Positions 62,545 to 64,000 of a stretch of DNA of 64,000 nt are shown here, piece after piece. The position numbers were made by a program, and so were the translations under genes. The notes beneath the pieces were generated by a model. It worked only from the letters and a program-made list of their open reading frames with translations, was not told the origin of the DNA and did not search any database. The stretch is from Desulfosudaceae bacterium (GTDB taxonomy: Bacteria; Desulfobacterota; Desulfobacteria; Desulfobacterales; Desulfosudaceae), in contig CAXXDV010000001.1 in the NCBI GenBank assembly GCA_963674745.2, forward strand, positions 1,024,001 through 1,088,000, read 5' to 3'. The stretch's first letter is position 1. Each line of letters begins with the position of its first letter.

Positions 62545-63087
62545 TTATGACGACTTTGTACATATCAGGTTGAATTTTTTGAGTTGTAAGCCCGACTCCA
62601 CTACAAGCACCACGTCTTTTAACACCGCCGTTGAAAAGTATTCGCTGCTTTCAACTTTTGCCATAAAAACAGCCACCGTTTTATTATCCACGGCGATACC
62701 ATTAAAATTAATGCCGTTACCTTTTTCTGAGATATCGGTGATCCACATTCTTCCCCTGATCGTCAATGAGACAAGGGCTTTCATCAGATTAACCTTATCC
62801 ATTCGATTCTTGTTCAATGTTTCCATTACATCCAGCTTTTTCTCAAGCGTGGCCAGCTGAGCCTTGATCGCATCAACTTCCTTGGCTTTTGCCTCGTAGG
62901 TCTTTAATTCGCTCTGTTTGGCTGAAAGGATATGCTCCAACCTCTGGAGCTTTTTTGCCAAACTAATGTGGTAAACACCCAGAGCCAGTGCAACAAAGGT
63001 AAAAAAGAGTATAAAAACAGATATTTGTCTCCGGATGTTTTCTTTTTTTCGTGCCGCGCGATAGGGAAGAAGGTTGGTTTTAATCAT
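62545..63087 (-). CDS. pilN: Type IV pilus assembly protein
   Basis: N-terminal (I/T)NLLP motif, TM, coiled coil. Confidence 0.92.
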   Translation of the reverse strand: MIKTNLLPYRAARKKENIRRQISVFILFFTFVALALGVYHISLAKKLQRLEHILSAKQSELKTYEAKAKEVDAIKAQLATLEKKLDVMETLNKNRMDKVNLMKALVSLTIRGRMWITDISEKGNGINFNGIAVDNKTVAVFMAKVESSEYFSTAVLKDVVLVVESGLQLKKFNLICTKSS

Positions 63088-63998
63088 TTGTCGCCTATCC
63101 TTCTAATAGCTGTTCCCAGGCAGATCGCGGCCTGGGGCGCCATTTGCTGTAAGTATGCCGTATCCAGTTGCCCCTCTTTTATTTCAAACGTTTTAAAGGG
63201 GTCCATCACCTCTACCGTGGAAGCTGTTTGAGAAGCCAGCAATTGTCTGAATTCTGCAATATTTGCCCCACCACCACTTAAATATATGGTTTTAATATCT
63301 TCTTCAGAATAGGTGGAATAAAAGAAGTCCAGCGCCCGCCTGATTTCTGTTATCCAGTCATTAACGACAGAACTAACGATATTATTCAAATCCTCAGCCG
63401 GTATTTTCTCCTGCTTGTCGCTCAGCTTAAGCTCTTCGGCTTCTTCAAACGTACAATCCAGCCTTGAAATTAAGTGCTGATTGATCTGCTTGCAGCCGAA
63501 CGACACATCACGCATAAAAACAGAGGTGCTGCCCTTTAAAACATTAAGAGATGTTTTTGTGGCCCCGATGTCAATCAGCGCGACACAGTTATCGGCTGTC
63601 TCATAATTGATTTCATAAATGTTCTGAAGGGCAAAGGCGTCCACATCAACGATTACCGGTACAAGACCCGCCATTTCAAGAACATTCAGATAGTCGTTAA
63701 CGGTTTCTTTTTTGGCCGCAACCAGCAGAACATCCATTTGGCTGGGGTTCTGCTCGTTATCCCCCAGAATCTGAAAGTCCAGGTTAACATTATTAATGTC
63801 AAACGGAATATACTGTTCAGCTTCGGTCGAAATGACCTCCTGAAGTTGCTCATCCGTCATGGACGACACCGTTATTTTCTTTACAATAACCGAATATCCG
63901 CCAATGGAAACAGCCACCCGCTCCTCTTTGATACTGTAATGAGATAACAGATCTTTTATTGTTTCAGCCACTGTTTCAGGGGACTTGATCCCTTCTTC
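63084..63998 (-). CDS. pilM: Type IV pilus assembly actin-like protein, 5'-truncated by the window
   Basis: EAEQYIPF, VLLVAAK, IDIGA, LSGGGA; frame open to the window end. Confidence 0.93.
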   Translation of the reverse strand, partial: EEGIKSPETVAETIKDLLSHYSIKEERVAVSIGGYSVIVKKITVSSMTDEQLQEVISTEAEQYIPFDINNVNLDFQILGDNEQNPSQMDVLLVAAKKETVNDYLNVLEMAGLVPVIVDVDAFALQNIYEINYETADNCVALIDIGATKTSLNVLKGSTSVFMRDVSFGCKQINQHLISRLDCTFEEAEELKLSDKQEKIPAEDLNNIVSSVVNDWITEIRRALDFFYSTYSEEDIKTIYLSGGGANIAEFRQLLASQTASTVEVMDPFKTFEIKEGQLDTAYLQQMAPQAAICLGTAIRRIGDK

Positions 63999-64000
63999 AA

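Overview
64 kb from a bacterial chromosome. Gene content and order (pilMNOPQ; lpxC-DUF4390-ntrY-ntrX-rsmD-coaD; serS-thrC; acyl-CoA and aldehyde catabolism) suggest an anaerobic Desulfobacterales-like deltaproteobacterium (inference). The left part (1 to ~38.9 kb) is accessory. It holds an AT-rich N6-adenine methyltransferase plus PD-(D/E)xK nuclease pair, a B12 radical SAM pair, hipBA with four operator-like palindromes, and a GAPOR-like W/Mo oxidoreductase. It also carries a diheme cytochrome c cluster, a glycyl radical enzyme next to an aldehyde dehydrogenase, a copZ-copA copper operon, three acyl-CoA dehydrogenases, and a Ser/Thr kinase/secreted-protein block that ends at tRNA-Glu(CTC). 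The right part is mostly housekeeping genes plus a type IV pilus assembly operon with an extra Ig-like lipoprotein. The top finding is an unannotated 56-codon ORF (19099-19269) heading the copZ-copA operon. It has a strong RBS, one TM helix, an in-frame TGA in a U-x4-C context and a SECIS-like hairpin right after the TGA, so it is a candidate small membrane selenoprotein for copper handling. Two GTAG-type REP clusters and a second dispersed 8-nt-periodic element are also present. All calls come from reading the sequence; no searches were run.
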